Source: an uncultured bacterium | Lineage (GTDB): Bacteria > Margulisbacteria > WOR-1 > CAVSGV01 | Length of the DNA stretch: 64,000 bases | Assembly (NCBI GenBank): GCA_963768305.1 | Contig: CAVYHE010000009.1 | Span: 64,001-128,000 of the forward strand | Direction of reading: 5' to 3' | In this document: positions 60,745-64,000 of the stretch, one piece after another | How the letters are laid out: the number at the start of each line of letters is the position of its first letter | Position numbering within the stretch: position 1 is the stretch's first letter | The notes under the pieces: model-generated | The model's database searches: none | Told to the model about the DNA's origin: nothing | Seen by the model: only the letters and a program-made list of their open reading frames with translations | Translations under genes and position numbers: made by a program

Positions 60745-63700
60745 TTATTGATTAATATTTACGAATTTTCCTGTTTTAGTGCTAGCATCGTATTGGACAT
60801 CCATTTCGCCTCTGAGGGTTTTACAAACGTTGTCGGTGTATATTAATTGCCCGATCGCTTCTTTGTTATATAATACCACTTTTCCGCTCATAATTCCAGC
60901 TGGTCTCGGCGGATCATCAGGTCCCGGCTTTTCCCCGTCAGCGGTCCACCAGGCATTCCCCACGTTTTCCGTCCAGGCATTAGAAAGGAATTTGATGCAA
61001 TCTTCGACCGATGGATTATAGTCGTTACCTGTGCGGACACTGAACATGTCTTGGGCCACGCTTGTATTATTATTGTCGAAGGCCTTCAACACATTGGTGT
61101 ATCTGTCGATCGCATCGTGATATTTCTTGCTCGACCAGTCTTTATATTTTTTATTATGCAACATCTCCAGATCGCCCTTATTTAAAAATGCGTTCAGATC
61201 GACATATTTCTGGAGATAAAGTCCCAAGTTTGCAGGCCCATTTGCAGGCATGTTTGGCAAGTTCCACGTTCCAAGATTGTCTAAGTCACCCATAGCGCAT
61301 TTCCTTAACTCTTTCATCCACTGTATAAGCGGCTCCTTGTCACCCAGGTCAGGATTCCTCCCTAAAAGCTTCAGGGCCAGATATACTTTATAATGCTTTA
61401 CATACGGTTGGAACTTCGCCTCGTCAAAAGCTATATCTGCAAATTCAGCTGGACTTTTATGGAATTTTTTCACAAGCAGGTCGTTGGCCAAACCCTGATC
61501 TCTAACATTAGCCAGGGGCAAAGGCAGCGGCGAAGTCCCGTTCGTGAAAACCGGATTAAGCCTCGGACGGAGCGGTCGAGCTGGGGCTTGCGGCTGAGCC
61601 GGGGCTGGCGGCGTTGCAGGTGCAGCCGGCTGCAGAACTACAGCTGGTTGCGGAGCTGCAGGGGCTGCGGCTGGCGTCTGTTGCACAGTCGTAGTTTCGG
61701 TGGTCACCTGAACCGAGACTTTCGGCTGAGCCACCACTTTCTTCGATGTATCAGCTGGCGTCGGAGCCGGGGCTACCGGCTGTAAAGTTGTTTTTTGCAA
61801 CTCTTTTGCTGGCAATGGCGCTGCGGCTGCCGGTTGTGGAGTCGCTTTTGGCAACTCTTTTGCCGGAGCTGCTGCCGCCGGTTGAGCTGATACTGTCGTT
61901 GAAGCTGCGGCTGTCTGCTTTTGTTCTGCCGGTTTCTGTGATTCAGCTTTTTCAACATAAATTCCCGGTAATTTGCCGCCAAAAGTGATCGTAAAATCCA
62001 CACTTGCAGCTTTTGACATATAATTGTAGCGGGCGCCCACTCCAAAATCGTAAGATTTAAACCTATATCCGAATTTCCCATAAATTGAGCTCTGGTCCTG
62101 ATATAGTAAAGGATAATGCAGTGAAGATATTTCCTTATCCAATAAGAACCTGTATCCCATTCCGCCGTATAATCCGTCCTCCGCATCCTTTGGCGTAATA
62201 TCCGCGCCCATGTCAATGAACTGCTTCACAATCCTTCCATTGTCGGCGTCGGAAATAAGCGAAGAATTCACATAGGCCCTGCCGTAAGCGATATTCGCCT
62301 TGATGAGCTTTTTATTGGTTAACGAGGCATGGAAAATCATGCCGGCTTTCAAGTTAGCCTCGGCAAAATTGGCATCGCTCGTTCGCGAAGGGACAGAGAA
62401 CCCGTTCGTAAGCAGTCCGCTTGCGGAACCTTCCACATTCAAGCTGAGCTGCTCTATGACCTTTACCTCGGCTTTCGCGGAAACAGTGTGCACTGTGATA
62501 GGATCATCAATGCTGGTGTTCAGGTCCTCGTTCCTGCTTGCTCCATATTTGCCTTCCACATAAAGATATTTATTAAGAAGCTGCCCGTCCCCGCTGATAT
62601 CCATCTCTTTCGAGAATCGGTCAGCCGCGGCGCTGATGTGCAAATGAGGGATCGGGGTATATTTAAATCCCCCTCCGGCATTGAATGCACCATCCATCAT
62701 TCCGGTAGTGAAGAACATTTCCCCGTCGCCCAAGCGCACCTGCTCCTTTACCGGCTCGGGTATCGGGATCGGAGGTTTAGGTGGTTCTTGCTTTACTTCG
62801 GCCTCCGCAGGCTTCTGCTGAGGCGCCGGCATCGGTTTTACTTTTATTAGATGCGCCCAAAATGTCTGTTCATCAAAATTCCTCACGCTGGCCGCCTCAT
62901 CCGGGTTGGGCCCATGTTCAAAGAAAGGCATCAACTCATTGCGCTGAATATCCGGGAGTGTCCCGCAAAGCGCTTTCATGGCGTCATAAATGTCCTTTTC
63001 AGAATAAGTGAACATGGAAGCATTGGCCTGGGGATCTTTTAATCCCGCCTCTATCTTCAAATATCGCGCCTGCAGCAAGCCAAAATTCTTGAGCGTTTGC
63101 ATCTGCGCCAGTGGCTTAGCAGCCAGCATCGCCTTCGCTGCTTTATATGCCCCTTTCTGACCCGCGTGTTTCGCATAATAGTCCGCTGCCGCTCTTATAT
63201 TGATAAGATACCTGGTCACCATGGCTTCCACGGTCATGCCTATCGCAAGCAGAACGTTCTTTTGGTCATTTTGCTTTTTGGCCTTTTGCTCATCATTGGT
63301 CGCCGGATCAGCATTAATAGAATCAATATATGATCTCACTTTGGCCAGCATGCCGGCTTCATCCAGTTGTCCCAGGTTGTCCCCAAGGGACTCTTTCAGG
63401 CCGGCTTTCATTGCATCGGTCAGTGGGTTGGCATAACCTTCCGCAAGCAAGGATAATCGCTTATAAAGACTTATGTTAAGGCTGTCTTTATCGAGATCGC
63501 CATGGCCCGGCTGACTAAAGTTGTCCTTGGGATATGAAGTTTGAACGAGCTTGGCCGCGTTCCTGCCCCTGTTTTCAGTCTTTGACGACGCTATCTTTAT
63601 CAATTGATCTATTTTCGCGGAATAAAGCCATGCACTTTCCATTTTAGATAATCCCGGTTTCACGCTCCTGGAATATCCGGCCACGCTGACGCCGGTGGTA

Positions 63701-63999
63701 TATCTTGTCATTAAAAGCTCCGCAGCGAATTTAAGGGCATTTAAAGCCTGTTGGTCTTCGCTTTCCAATGAAAGACGATAATCATAAACGCTGCCCGCCT
63801 TAAGCGAGGCATTTATGCACATCTGATCGGCAAGCCTAAGGATCCCGGCAGGTGAAGTATCTTCAATTATTATGGTCGTGGGCGCGGCAACAGCGGCAGG
63901 AGCGGCCGCAGGCAAATTCACATTAACATCAGCATGAGTAACACGCTTTTTTGATGTTGTTTTAGTCGTGCCTTTGTTAGGAGCGGCGGATTTTGCGGC
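60745..63999 (-). CDS. Large hypothetical protein (5' end outside window): helical region, beta-barrel-like segment, Pro/Ala/Gln/Thr linker, C-terminal domain
   Basis: Frame open to the window edge (AAKSAAPNKG...); alternating aromatic strands from GGGFKYTP to ASVDFTITFG. Confidence 0.8.
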   Translation of the reverse strand, partial: AAKSAAPNKGTTKTTSKKRVTHADVNVNLPAAAPAAVAAPTTIIIEDTSPAGILRLADQMCINASLKAGSVYDYRLSLESEDQQALNALKFAAELLMTRYTTGVSVAGYSRSVKPGLSKMESAWLYSAKIDQLIKIASSKTENRGRNAAKLVQTSYPKDNFSQPGHGDLDKDSLNISLYKRLSLLAEGYANPLTDAMKAGLKESLGDNLGQLDEAGMLAKVRSYIDSINADPATNDEQKAKKQNDQKNVLLAIGMTVEAMVTRYLINIRAAADYYAKHAGQKGAYKAAKAMLAAKPLAQMQTLKNFGLLQARYLKIEAGLKDPQANASMFTYSEKDIYDAMKALCGTLPDIQRNELMPFFEHGPNPDEAASVRNFDEQTFWAHLIKVKPMPAPQQKPAEAEVKQEPPKPPIPIPEPVKEQVRLGDGEMFFTTGMMDGAFNAGGGFKYTPIPHLHISAAADRFSKEMDISGDGQLLNKYLYVEGKYGASRNEDLNTSIDDPITVHTVSAKAEVKVIEQLSLNVEGSASGLLTNGFSVPSRTSDANFAEANLKAGMIFHASLTNKKLIKANIAYGRAYVNSSLISDADNGRIVKQFIDMGADITPKDAEDGLYGGMGYRFLLDKEISSLHYPLLYQDQSSIYGKFGYRFKSYDFGVGARYNYMSKAASVDFTITFGGKLPGIYVEKAESQKPAEQKQTAAASTTVSAQPAAAAPAKELPKATPQPAAAAPLPAKELQKTTLQPVAPAPTPADTSKKVVAQPKVSVQVTTETTTVQQTPAAAPAAPQPAVVLQPAAPATPPAPAQPQAPARPLRPRLNPVFTNGTSPLPLPLANVRDQGLANDLLVKKFHKSPAEFADIAFDEAKFQPYVKHYKVYLALKLLGRNPDLGDKEPLIQWMKELRKCAMGDLDNLGTWNLPNMPANGPANLGLYLQKYVDLNAFLNKGDLEMLHNKKYKDWSSKKYHDAIDRYTNVLKAFDNNNTSVAQDMFSVRTGNDYNPSVEDCIKFLSNAWTENVGNAWWTADGEKPGPDDPPRPAGIMSGKVVLYNKEAIGQLIYTDNVCKTLRGEMDVQYDASTKTGKFVNINQ

Positions 64000-64000
64000 C

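Overview
Chromosomal segment of a diderm bacterium, almost entirely on the minus strand. The Firmicute-like gene order combined with L/P rings and SLH-barrel proteins suggests a Terrabacteria lineage such as Ca. Saganbacteria/Margulisbacteria, but that is inference only. Left to right: pheS (partial) and a TrmH methylase; a ~20 kb surface-glycan locus (priming GT, WaaL/O-OTase-TPR, rfbABD, GT2/GT4/GT-C, wzy, wzx, UDP-GlcA decarboxylase, ugd); rph-coaD-rsmD-recG; an orphan ORF and rpmB; a 12.6 kb flagellar-type basal-body cluster; rplY; mrdA-mreDCB; SPOR, folC, site-2 protease, xerD, nudix, M20 peptidase, thiL-thiC; then large surface proteins (PorV-like barrel + 6 SLH, IPT/TIG proteins, one with a T9SS-CTD/FlgD-Ig-like tail, and a barrel/PA-linker giant). 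The best candidate for a novel system is the basal-body cluster. Its FliG cleanly lacks the C-terminal torque domain, its FliF lacks the beta-collar, and no hook, filament or stator genes are in the window. It encodes its own FliA-like sigma, and sigma28-like promoter motifs precede fliF, the fliK-like gene, the orphan ORF and two surface-protein genes. This fits a non-rotating, flagellum-derived type III secretion device. About a dozen genes carry single-base indels (mostly +1) that look like consensus errors.
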